DNA of 64,000 nucleotides from assembly GCA_052274345.1 (NCBI GenBank), contig DAVZGP010000008.1:18697-82696 (forward strand), in the 5' to 3' direction. Positions 30,800 through 39,663 of this stretch are shown here, piece by piece; position 1 is the stretch's first letter; the number at the start of each line of letters is the position of its first letter. Source of the DNA: Clostridium sp. (GTDB taxonomy: Bacteria > Bacillota > Clostridia > Clostridiales > Clostridiaceae). Both the position numbers and the translations under genes were made by a program. The notes under the pieces were generated by a model. That model was given only the letters and a program-made list of their open reading frames with translations. It was not told the origin of the DNA and did not search any database.

Positions 30800-31459
30800 A
30801 TGATTAACATAAAAAATTTATATTTTACATATACAAATTCAAAACCATACATACTAGATAACATCAATCTTAATATCAAAAAAGGTAGTTATGTTTCAAT
30901 CTTAGGTGAAAATGGTAGTGCTAAAAGTACTTTACTTAAATTAATATTAAATTTATTAAAACCTAATAGCGGTGAAATAATTATAGATACATCAAGAATA
31001 GCATATGTTGCACAAAAAGTTGAAAACTTTAATGCGCAGTTTCCTATAACAGTTTATGAAATGTTAAATTGCCATAGAAAAGTATTAAAACTTAAAGATA
31101 AAGGTCTAATTTCAAAAAGTCTTAATGCTGTAGGAATGGAAGATCATACCCATACTCTTATTGGAAATCTCTCTGGTGGTCAACAACAAAAGATTTTTAT
31201 TGCTAGGAGTTTAATAGGTAACCCTGAGTTATTAATTTTAGATGAACCTTCTACTGGAATAGATATTCAAAGCATGGAAGATATATATGGAATTATTAAG
31301 GGGTTAAATGTTAACCTAGGTATTACAGTTGTTTCTGTAGAGCATAATTTAAAAGCTGCATTAGATAACTCTACAGATATTTTCGAAATGAGTAATCATA
31401 GTGGAATACTTTATACTATTAGTGATTATAAATATAAAATATCCGAGGAAAGGGGCTAA
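30800..31459 (+). CDS. znuC: Zn/Mn ABC transporter ATP-binding protein
   Basis: GENGSAKST, LSGGQQQ, LDEP; ATG 30800 after AGGAGG. Confidence 0.85.
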   Translation: MINIKNLYFTYTNSKPYILDNINLNIKKGSYVSILGENGSAKSTLLKLILNLLKPNSGEIIIDTSRIAYVAQKVENFNAQFPITVYEMLNCHRKVLKLKDKGLISKSLNAVGMEDHTHTLIGNLSGGQQQKIFIARSLIGNPELLILDEPSTGIDIQSMEDIYGIIKGLNVNLGITVVSVEHNLKAALDNSTDIFEMSNHSGILYTISDYKYKISEERG

Positions 31460-31468
31460 CTTCACTTT

Positions 31469-32272
31469 ATGTTTGAATATGGTTTTATGCAAAACGCTTT
31501 AATTGCCTCAGTTTTAATTTCTATATTATTCCCAATTGTAGGTGTTTTTCTAGTACTCAAAAGATACTCTATGATGGGAGATACAATGGCACATGCCTCT
31601 TTTGCAGGCGTTGCCATCGGACTCGTTTTTGGTTTTAATCCTATACTTGGCGCTTTTGCGTTTACAGCACTATGTGGCTTATCCATTGAATTCTTAAGAG
31701 ATTATTACAAAAAATATGCTGAATTAATATTAGCAATTATGCTTACCTTTAGTGTAGGTATCGGAATAACCTTAATAAGTACAGGTAGAGCTGGCGCTAA
31801 TGTTAATTCTTATTTATTTGGAAGTCTGCTAACTGTTACACAAACCGATTTATACATAATGCTTGTCCTTAGTATTATTTCAATAATAACAATATTTTCA
31901 TTATATAATCAATTATTATATATTACTTTCGATGAGGAAGGTGCTAAGGTTTCTGGTGCAAAAGTTAAGGTAATTAACTACATCTTTGCACTACTAGTAG
32001 GTGCTACTATTTCAGTCTCTCTAAGAATACTTGGAATCCTTGTTATGTCATCAATGATAGCCCTACCTGTAGCAACAGCCCTCCAGTTAAATAAGGGATT
32101 TAAGAGAACTTTAATCTACTCTATAATGTTCGGTTTCATTGACATAATTTTAGGACTTGTCATCTCTTACTACTTAGATTGTGCGCCAGGAGGCAGTATA
32201 GCTTTAACCTCTGTTTTTGTATTAGTGGTTATAATCAGTAGTAAAAAAATATTATCAAGAGATTCAATGTAA
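31469..32272 (+). CDS. znuB: Zn/Mn ABC transporter permease
   Basis: GDTMAHASFAG, SYLFGS, TFDEE motifs. Confidence 0.87.
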   Translation: MFEYGFMQNALIASVLISILFPIVGVFLVLKRYSMMGDTMAHASFAGVAIGLVFGFNPILGAFAFTALCGLSIEFLRDYYKKYAELILAIMLTFSVGIGITLISTGRAGANVNSYLFGSLLTVTQTDLYIMLVLSIISIITIFSLYNQLLYITFDEEGAKVSGAKVKVINYIFALLVGATISVSLRILGILVMSSMIALPVATALQLNKGFKRTLIYSIMFGFIDIILGLVISYYLDCAPGGSIALTSVFVLVVIISSKKILSRDSM

Positions 32273-32331
32273 CTTAGAATTATCTAGTATTACATGTAGT
32301 CCAAATTAGAATTATAATTGAGGTGTCTATT

Positions 32332-32613
32332 ATGTTACAGGCTATAAAACTAAGAAAATCCATTAGTAATTATAAAAATATTAATGTATCCCCGAAGCAT
32401 TTACAAAAGATTAAAACTATTATATTGGAAGTTAACGATAATAAATTCTACCTATTTTTAGAAAACAAAAATATTTTAACTAAAAAAATTCTTAAAGACA
32501 CAAATCACATTGATATGGGCATAGGACTTAGCCATTTATATAATTCGGCAATTGAACTAGGATACATGGTTGAATTAAAAAAAGCTCCACATGATGAAAT
32601 AGGAAGTTCTTAG
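32332..32613 (+). pseudogene. Internally deleted nitroreductase-like remnant
   Basis: N-terminal AIKLRKSISNY and C-terminal IDMGIGLSHL nitroreductase-like motifs joined in only ~93 aa. Confidence 0.55.
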
Positions 32614-32712
32614 TATATTATAAGTGTCATCTTAAATAAAGGTTAAAACAAAAACTATGAACGCAGTTTATGCTAATCATAGTTTTTTTAATATATACAA
32701 TTACTAAAATTT

Positions 32713-33153
32713 TTATTTATAAATTTTTTCTAAAGACTTTGCTTCTAAAAGCATCTTCTCATCATATCTTTTATGACCCATTAACTTAAAAATAATATCA
32801 TCTCTTTTATATCCTACATCATTTTGATTAACGATAATATCAGTTTTTCTAAAACCTTTACCATTTAACTTATAGTCCTTAAATAGTCTTTTAATAATGC
32901 CCTTATTTATTTTAAGCAAAACTTCTAATTCTTCAATAGAATAAATCTCTTTTATTAAAATGTTTTCAAGTTTTCGCTGCATATCAATTTTATATTCTAA
33001 ATCTAATCGCCTATTCTTATGTGGACCTGTCTTCCCCCTATGATGCAATGTACAAAGGTATCTAAAGTTAAGTGGGAATTCAATGCCACCTTGGCTTTTA
33101 TAAACTATATGATGTTTATCAGCTAGCTTTCCACATACTTCACATGTTAACAA
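32713..33153 (-). CDS. Small HNH endonuclease-like protein
   Basis: CEVCG, HHIVYKSQGG, N...LCTLHHRG..GPH. Confidence 0.8.
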   Translation of the reverse strand: MLTCEVCGKLADKHHIVYKSQGGIEFPLNFRYLCTLHHRGKTGPHKNRRLDLEYKIDMQRKLENILIKEIYSIEELEVLLKINKGIIKRLFKDYKLNGKGFRKTDIIVNQNDVGYKRDDIIFKLMGHKRYDEKMLLEAKSLEKIYK

Positions 33154-33172
33154 GATATCCCTCCTTTAAATT

Positions 33173-33298
33173 CTCTCCTTCGGATATGCATTAACGACTT
33201 CATAAGGATATTTAAAAATCCACCTAAGTTTTATTTTTGCTAGTATATTTTACTCCCACTTATATAAATGGGAAACTTTCCTTTTGAAATGTCGTTAA
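33173..33298 (+). repeat. ~130-bp dispersed element, copy C
   Basis: TTAACGACTTCA...TCCCACTTATATAAATGGGA...TGAAATGTCGTTAA; matches reverse complement of 8100..8229. Confidence 0.7.
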
Positions 33299-33306
33299 AA
33301 TACTAA

Positions 33307-33337
33307 GAGGCAAAACAATTATTAGTTGTTTTGCCTC
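33307..33337 (-). terminator. rpsA terminator hairpin
   Basis: GAGGCAAAACAA-loop-TTGTTTTGCCTC. Confidence 0.7.
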
Positions 33338-33379
33338 GTAATATTTATTGAATTTATATTTTATGATATGAATCTTCTA

Positions 33380-34585
33380 CTAGAATTTATAGTTTTTAAG
33401 TTTATCTCCTAATATATCTCCTAGAGTTAATCCACTTTCTTCTTCTTGCTTATAATCTGAGAAATCTTCATTTCCTCTTGCTGCTTCTTTAATACTTAGG
33501 CTTATTCTTCTATCTTTTTCGTTTATTTCACCGATTTTAACTTTTACAACTTCTCCAACTTTTAATACGTCAGAAACCTTTGCAATACGTTCTTCTGATA
33601 TTTCTGATAAATGAACTAGTCCTTCAACTCCCGATTCAAGTTGTACAAAAGCACCGAAATCCATTAATTTAACAACAGTTCCTTCTACTATAGAACCAGG
33701 CTTGTAGGTAGCTGCTATGTTATTCCATGGGTTTCCTTGTTCACTCTTAAGTCCTAGAGATATTCTTCCTTTTTCTTTATCAAAATCTAAAACTGTAACT
33801 TCTACTTCTTGTCCAACAGATACTACTTCTGATGGTTCTGCAACTCTTTTCCATGATAATTGAGAAACATGTATAAGACCATCAATACCACCTAAATCTA
33901 CAAATGCACCAAATTTAGCAAGTCTTGTTACAGTACCTTTTCTCTTTTCACCTTTTTTAAGTTCATTCCAAATTTGATCTCTTTTAACTGCATTTTCTTC
34001 TTTTTCTATTACTCTTCTAGATAAAACAATATTTTTGTTTTCTTTATCAAGTTCTATTATTTTAACTACTAAAGTTTTACCTTTGTATTCTTCTAAGTTT
34101 TCTACATATGAATCTGACATTTGTGATGCTGGTATAAATGCTCTAACGCCCTCTATATAAGCTGTAGCTCCACCTTTTACGATGTCACTAACTGTTACTT
34201 CTAAAGTTTTGTTTGCATCTAAAATTTCTTGGAATTCATCCCATATTTTAAGACCATCTGCTCTTTTCTTAGATAAAAGCACATTTCCTTCTCCGTTATT
34301 AACTTTCATTATATATACAGAGATTTGATCTCCAACTTTTACAACATCAGTAGGCTTTACTTCTCTATCATTTGATATTTCTTCTTTTGTTATAACACCG
34401 TCAGTCATATAACCAATATTTACTAGAACTTCTTCTTCATTTACAGAAAGTACAGTTCCAAGTACAACGTCTCCACTATTAATAACCATAGCTTCTGCAG
34501 TATTTTCCATAGCATCTTTCATTGTAGTTTCTTCTTTAATTTCTGGTGTAATATCTTTCATTTCTTCTTTATTATCTGTTGTCAT
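33380..34585 (-). CDS. rpsA: 30S ribosomal protein S1 (four S1 domains)
   Basis: Repeated FGAFVDLG..DGLIHVSQLS S1 motifs, TLGDILG C-terminus. Confidence 0.93.
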   Translation of the reverse strand: MTTDNKEEMKDITPEIKEETTMKDAMENTAEAMVINSGDVVLGTVLSVNEEEVLVNIGYMTDGVITKEEISNDREVKPTDVVKVGDQISVYIMKVNNGEGNVLLSKKRADGLKIWDEFQEILDANKTLEVTVSDIVKGGATAYIEGVRAFIPASQMSDSYVENLEEYKGKTLVVKIIELDKENKNIVLSRRVIEKEENAVKRDQIWNELKKGEKRKGTVTRLAKFGAFVDLGGIDGLIHVSQLSWKRVAEPSEVVSVGQEVEVTVLDFDKEKGRISLGLKSEQGNPWNNIAATYKPGSIVEGTVVKLMDFGAFVQLESGVEGLVHLSEISEERIAKVSDVLKVGEVVKVKIGEINEKDRRISLSIKEAARGNEDFSDYKQEEESGLTLGDILGDKLKNYKF

Positions 34586-34743
34586 ATAAATACACTCCTC
34601 TAATTTCATAATTGTTATTTAATCTATTCTTAAATTACTTATAGTCTACTATTATATATTCTATAAATATTTATTGAAATCCTTCTTATTTGTAAAATTG
34701 ACCTAGCTAAACAGTATTTTTTAAAAACACCTTCTCTATTATA

Positions 34744-35733
34744 TCACACTTCACCTATACATAATGTCATACCATCTAATTTCATCTTATTTATAATAAT
34801 ATGTGCCCCACTAAGTTCAACGCAAGGCTCACAAACAGCGCGAGCCCCAATAGTTTTCTCCACAAAATCACTACCGCAGAATTTATGTTGTACTTTCTTT
34901 ATGTCATCAATCGTAAATATTTTAAACTCGCATTTAAAATAGTCTACTAATGCCTTAATTGCTAGTTCATCTTTTTTAACATTAACTGTTGCTATAGACT
35001 TTATAGCTCTAATATCTATATTGTATTGCTTAAGCATCCTTATTACTGTCTGTTTCATTTTTTCCTCTGAAAAGTTTTTTCTACACCCTATTCCAAGCAC
35101 AATATTTTGTCTTATTAATTTAAGAGTTGGAACATTATATCCCTCTAACTTAGCATTAACACTATCTTTACCAGAAATATACAGTATTCCAGAGATATCC
35201 TCTAACCTACTACTATATCCAGCCGGTGTTTGTATTATTCCTTTTTCATCAAGAAATCCTATTTTTTTTCCTTCTACTAAAAGCGCTGCTATATCTTTTG
35301 CTTTTTTCAAATTCTCAATAATAAACCCATTATCCTTTGCAATCATATCTGGGGCATAAATCCCTAAATTATCTGTTGCTGTAGTTATTATAGGTTTAGC
35401 ATCTAAAAGCTTACTAACCTTAAACGCAAGTTCGTTTGCACCACCTAAATGTCCACTTAAAAGGCTTATAACATAATTACAAGAATTATCTATAACTAAT
35501 ACTGCCGGGTCCATATCTTTACTTTTTATGTATGGTGCTATTGCTCTAACTGCAATACCTGTAGAACTTATAAAAATTATACATCTATAGTTCTCCATTA
35601 CATTTTTACTAACTAAATTAAACTCAAAATCGCTATGTTTTTTCTTTGAATATAGATCTATATTAAGACTTAACGCTAAAATTTCCGCTATTTGATCTCC
35701 ATTTTGGGTAAATGTAACAACTGCATATTTCAT
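34744..35733 (-). CDS. cbiG: Cobalt-precorrin-5A hydrolase
   Basis: GIAVRAIAP, DPAVLVID, LLSGHLGGAN, ITTATD, GIGCRK, SDFV. Confidence 0.95.
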   Translation of the reverse strand: MKYAVVTFTQNGDQIAEILALSLNIDLYSKKKHSDFEFNLVSKNVMENYRCIIFISSTGIAVRAIAPYIKSKDMDPAVLVIDNSCNYVISLLSGHLGGANELAFKVSKLLDAKPIITTATDNLGIYAPDMIAKDNGFIIENLKKAKDIAALLVEGKKIGFLDEKGIIQTPAGYSSRLEDISGILYISGKDSVNAKLEGYNVPTLKLIRQNIVLGIGCRKNFSEEKMKQTVIRMLKQYNIDIRAIKSIATVNVKKDELAIKALVDYFKCEFKIFTIDDIKKVQHKFCGSDFVEKTIGARAVCEPCVELSGAHIIINKMKLDGMTLCIGEV

Positions 35734-35818
35734 TTTTCACCATTCCTACTATACATCATACTATAATTACGCACAAATTACAAAACAATTGCATAAATAA
35801 AAAAAGCAAGAAAAACAA

Positions 35819-35964
35819 GTGGGACGGTTAACAACTTATTACACAATTCATTTATATCATTCAATTAGTTATTAACTGTCTCTCACTAGTCAACTAGTCA
35901 TTTAATTGTTAACCGTCCCTCAACATTCACTCTTATAAACATCAATTAGTTGTTAACCGTCCCC
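35819..35964. repeat. RAYT-associated repeat cluster of four (+ 35819..35839; - 35864..35883, 35901..35919, 35945..35964)
   Basis: GTGGGACGGTTAACAACTTAT; ATTAGTTATTAACTGTCTC; TTTAATTGTTAACCGTCCC; ATTAGTTGTTAACCGTCCCC. Confidence 0.92.
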
Positions 35965-36007
35965 GGGTTAGCTTGCTTGTCCAATTCTTGAGTCACCTTA
36001 AACAAGG

Positions 36008-36946
36008 TCACCTTTCCTCTCTAAAATAAGGAACTGAGAGTCCAGCGGGTGGTGAATTTTTACCTGATTTTCTCATAGATACTATTACCAATATTATTAT
36101 TGTAACTACATAAGGTAACAAGTCAATAAGATATTGTGATATTTCAAAACCTGGTAACCCTTGAAGTCTAAATCCTAATATATCAAGTCCCCCGAAAAGA
36201 TATGCCCCAATTATTGCTTTTTGTGGTTTCCATGTTGCAAAAATTACAAGTGCAACTGCGATCCACCCTCTACCTGCCGTTACGTTTTCCTGCCATGCTG
36301 GTACATAAACAAGAGATAAGTATGCTCCACCAAGACCGCAAAGTGCTCCACCAATTAATGTGTTAGCATATTTATAAGCAGTAACATTTATACTTGCTGC
36401 ATCAGCAGCTGCTGGATTTTCTCCAACTGCCATAGTGTTTAATCCCTTAGTCGTTTTATATAAATATACGAATAAAAGAATAGTCATAATATATCCAAAA
36501 TATACGAACACATCATGATTAAAAAATATATCTCCTATAAAAGGTATATTCCCTAGTATTGGAATTCTTACTGTAACAAAAAAATTCTTAATTGTATTTG
36601 GCGTAACTTGACCTATCAAACTTTTACCTACCATACTTGAGAACCCTGTTCCAAATATAGTTAATGTAAGTCCACATACGACTTGATTCGCCCTAAGAGA
36701 TATAGTTAGAAAGGCATATATCAGAGCGCCAAAGCCACCTGCAATTGCGGCAGCAATCATTGCTATAACAGGATTACCTGTACTTATTCCAGCCATAAAC
36801 CCAATGACAGACCCCATTAGCATCATACCTTCTACCCCTAAATTAAGGTTACCAACTTTTTCTGTTAATAATTCACCAAGTGTTGCAAAAAGTAGAGGCG
36901 TACCAGCTACAACTGCAGCGGCTAAAAATGTTGTTATACTATTCAT
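36008..36946 (-). CDS. Nucleoside ABC transporter permease 2
   Basis: NLGVEGMML, GENPAAAD, GRGWIAVALV, LPYV motifs. Confidence 0.9.
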   Translation of the reverse strand: MNSITTFLAAAVVAGTPLLFATLGELLTEKVGNLNLGVEGMMLMGSVIGFMAGISTGNPVIAMIAAAIAGGFGALIYAFLTISLRANQVVCGLTLTIFGTGFSSMVGKSLIGQVTPNTIKNFFVTVRIPILGNIPFIGDIFFNHDVFVYFGYIMTILLFVYLYKTTKGLNTMAVGENPAAADAASINVTAYKYANTLIGGALCGLGGAYLSLVYVPAWQENVTAGRGWIAVALVIFATWKPQKAIIGAYLFGGLDILGFRLQGLPGFEISQYLIDLLPYVVTIIILVIVSMRKSGKNSPPAGLSVPYFREER

Positions 36947-38018
36947 TTTTACTTACCTCCTTTAGTTTAGCTGAGAATTTAAAATTAATTTTATACTTTG
37001 TAAAAAATTCACTACCTAGTACAAAAAACAGTATAATTGCTTGTATCAATTGAGCGGCAGCTTCGGGTATGCCAAATGCTGTTTGAATAAATGAGGCACC
37101 TTGAACAAGCGCCGCGAAAAGTATAGATACTATTACTATAACCGGTGCAGAAAGTGCTGAGAGCCAAGCTATAATTATAGCTGTAAATCCTACTCCACCT
37201 GAAACATCTGCTGACAGCGTTCCACTAACAGCAGAAACTTGAATAACACCTGCAATTCCACATAAGGCACCACTTAAAAATATAGCTATAAACATAGTTT
37301 TTCTAATTTTTATACCTGCATATATAGCAGTTTTTTCACTCTCACCAAGAACTGAGATTTCATAACCCTTTTTAGTATATTTAATGAAAACATATACTAA
37401 AATTGCAAGTACAATTGCTATTATCCATCCCGCATTTATACCAAAAACATTTGGCAGTGTTGCGTTATCTGAAAAAGTAGGAATTTTCGGAAAACCCATT
37501 GCAGCCTTATCTCTCCAAGGTCCATATTGAAGATAAGTTATAAACTTTATTGCAACATAATTTAACATTAAGGTTACTATAGTCTCATTAGTATTCCATT
37601 TTCCTTTAAGCAAAGCTGCAATTAACGCCCATAATCCCCCGCCTACTACTCCTGCGCAAAACATTAACAATAACAAAGGAAATTTAGGCATATTTGAAAA
37701 TTTCAAAGCAAAATATGTAGCAGCAAATGCTCCCATTAGTATTTGTCCTTCTCCTCCAATATTCCAAAATTGCATTCTAAATGCTATTGCTATTCCAAGT
37801 GAACTTATAATAAGTGGTATAGCCTTAATAAGTGTTTGCTGGATACTATAAGTTGAACCAAAACTGCCCTGAACAATTGCTACATACACATCTAGTGGGT
37901 TAAGTTTTATAATAAGCAAAAACATTGCCAAAACCACAAGCGATAGGAGTATTGCAAGACACCTTATTTTAAGGTTATCAACTTTGGTAATTTTAGACCT
38001 TTTAACAATCTGAATCAT
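36939..38018 (-). CDS. Nucleoside ABC transporter permease 1
   Basis: WNIGGEGQ, NETIVTLMLNY, GFTAI motifs. Confidence 0.9.
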   Translation of the reverse strand: MIQIVKRSKITKVDNLKIRCLAILLSLVVLAMFLLIIKLNPLDVYVAIVQGSFGSTYSIQQTLIKAIPLIISSLGIAIAFRMQFWNIGGEGQILMGAFAATYFALKFSNMPKFPLLLLMFCAGVVGGGLWALIAALLKGKWNTNETIVTLMLNYVAIKFITYLQYGPWRDKAAMGFPKIPTFSDNATLPNVFGINAGWIIAIVLAILVYVFIKYTKKGYEISVLGESEKTAIYAGIKIRKTMFIAIFLSGALCGIAGVIQVSAVSGTLSADVSGGVGFTAIIIAWLSALSAPVIVIVSILFAALVQGASFIQTAFGIPEAAAQLIQAIILFFVLGSEFFTKYKINFKFSAKLKEVSKNE

Positions 38019-39539
38019 CTATATCACGTCCATATCATCAGTGTTTCCAACCATCATCATACCGATTTTTTCTCTTGAAGACTCTTTTGCATCGACGATT
38101 CCAGTAATTTCACCATCGCAAATCACCATAATCCTATCACATAAATGAATTAACACATCAAGGTCCTCTCCTATAAATAAAACTGCAGTACCTTTTTTCT
38201 TTTCCTCACTTATGAGATCATATATCGTATAACATGTATTAATATCAAGCCCACGAACAGCATATGCCATAATAAGTATTTTAGGATGCATGCTTAATTC
38301 TCTTCCAACTAATATCTTTTGAATGTTACCCCCTGATAAATATTTTATAGGATGATATATATCAGGAGTTTTAATTTCAAATTTTTCCACCATTTCTTTT
38401 GCTTTTTCAATTACTGGTTTTCTATCTATAAATATCCCCTTTTGGTTATGATAATCCTTAAGTAATAGGTTATCCACCATACCCATAGACGCAACAAGGC
38501 CCATCCCTAATCTATCCTCTGGTATAAAGCTCATACTTATACCTTTGTTTATAATATCTCTTGGAGATTTGCCTACAAGGTCTTCTCCCTCAAGTACTAT
38601 ACTTCCACTAGATACATTCTCTATACCTGCAATAGCTTCACATAATTCTCTTTGCCCACTGCCTGCAATTCCAGCAACACCAAGGATTTCACCTTGCTTA
38701 AGAGAGAAACTAATATTTTTAACAATTTCTGCTTTTTCAGCATTTACAACTACTAAATCAGATACTTCTAGCATTACCTTGCCAACCTCTTTATTTACTT
38801 TCTTTATAGATAAATCTGCTTTGCGTCCCATCATTAGTTCTGTTAATTCTTTAGGACTTGTATCTTCTTTCTTAAGTGTTTTTATAGCCTCACCTTTTCT
38901 TAAAACAGTAATTTTATCACAAATCTCCATTACTTCATTCATTTTATGACTTATGAATATTATTGCTTTTCCTTTTTCTTTCATACTTCTCATAATCTTA
39001 AATAATTTTTCTGTTTCACTTTCTGTAAACACAGTAGTAGGTTCATCTAACACTAAAATATCCGCACCTCTATAAAGCACTTTAAGTATTTCAAGATTTT
39101 GCCTCTCACCTACTGGCATCTGTGAAACATATTTATTCAAATCCATTTCCAAATGAAATTTTTCGCATATATCATTAATTTTTTTAATTTCTACCTTATT
39201 ATTAAAAAATATACCTCTTGTTTGACCAAGTAATATATTTTGCTTAGCAGTCATTTCTTCAACTAATTTAAAATGTTGATAAATCATTCCAACACCAGCC
39301 TTAATTGCATCCTTTGGACTATTAAAGTTAGTGTTTTTTCCGTGAATAAAAATAGAACCGCTGTCTGGTGTATAAACTCCAGATAACATGTTCATAAGGG
39401 TGCTTTTGCCTGCCCCGTTTTCACCTAGTAATGCATGGATTTCTCCGCCTAGTAGCGTTAAATTCATATTGTTATTAGCTATTACTTTCCCGAAGGTTTT
39501 ACTAATATTTTCTATAGATACATAAGGGGTTTTATCCAT
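38019..39539 (-). CDS. Nucleoside ABC transporter ATP-binding protein (two NBDs)
   Basis: GENGAGKST, LDEPT, IPEDR, LSGGNIQK; ATG 39539. Confidence 0.92.
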   Translation of the reverse strand: MDKTPYVSIENISKTFGKVIANNNMNLTLLGGEIHALLGENGAGKSTLMNMLSGVYTPDSGSIFIHGKNTNFNSPKDAIKAGVGMIYQHFKLVEEMTAKQNILLGQTRGIFFNNKVEIKKINDICEKFHLEMDLNKYVSQMPVGERQNLEILKVLYRGADILVLDEPTTVFTESETEKLFKIMRSMKEKGKAIIFISHKMNEVMEICDKITVLRKGEAIKTLKKEDTSPKELTELMMGRKADLSIKKVNKEVGKVMLEVSDLVVVNAEKAEIVKNISFSLKQGEILGVAGIAGSGQRELCEAIAGIENVSSGSIVLEGEDLVGKSPRDIINKGISMSFIPEDRLGMGLVASMGMVDNLLLKDYHNQKGIFIDRKPVIEKAKEMVEKFEIKTPDIYHPIKYLSGGNIQKILVGRELSMHPKILIMAYAVRGLDINTCYTIYDLISEEKKKGTAVLFIGEDLDVLIHLCDRIMVICDGEITGIVDAKESSREKIGMMMVGNTDDMDVI

Positions 39540-39663
39540 ATTTACATCCTCATTTCTAATATATTTATTAGAGCTTATTGCCATCAAATTCAACAAATAT
39601 AGCACTCATATAATATCATTTGTGCTATATTTATTAACTTTTATATTTTGTTTCAAATGCTTA

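Noticed and set aside
33307..33337. ATTAGTTGTT match to the repeat tail
   Set aside because: Part of the rpsA terminator stem-loop; no GTCCC head.
15781..35964. CRISPR array interpretation of the 20-bp repeats
   Set aside because: At most three same-orientation copies per cluster, mixed orientations, irregular spacer lengths and no cas genes; a RAYT-like gene explains the association better.
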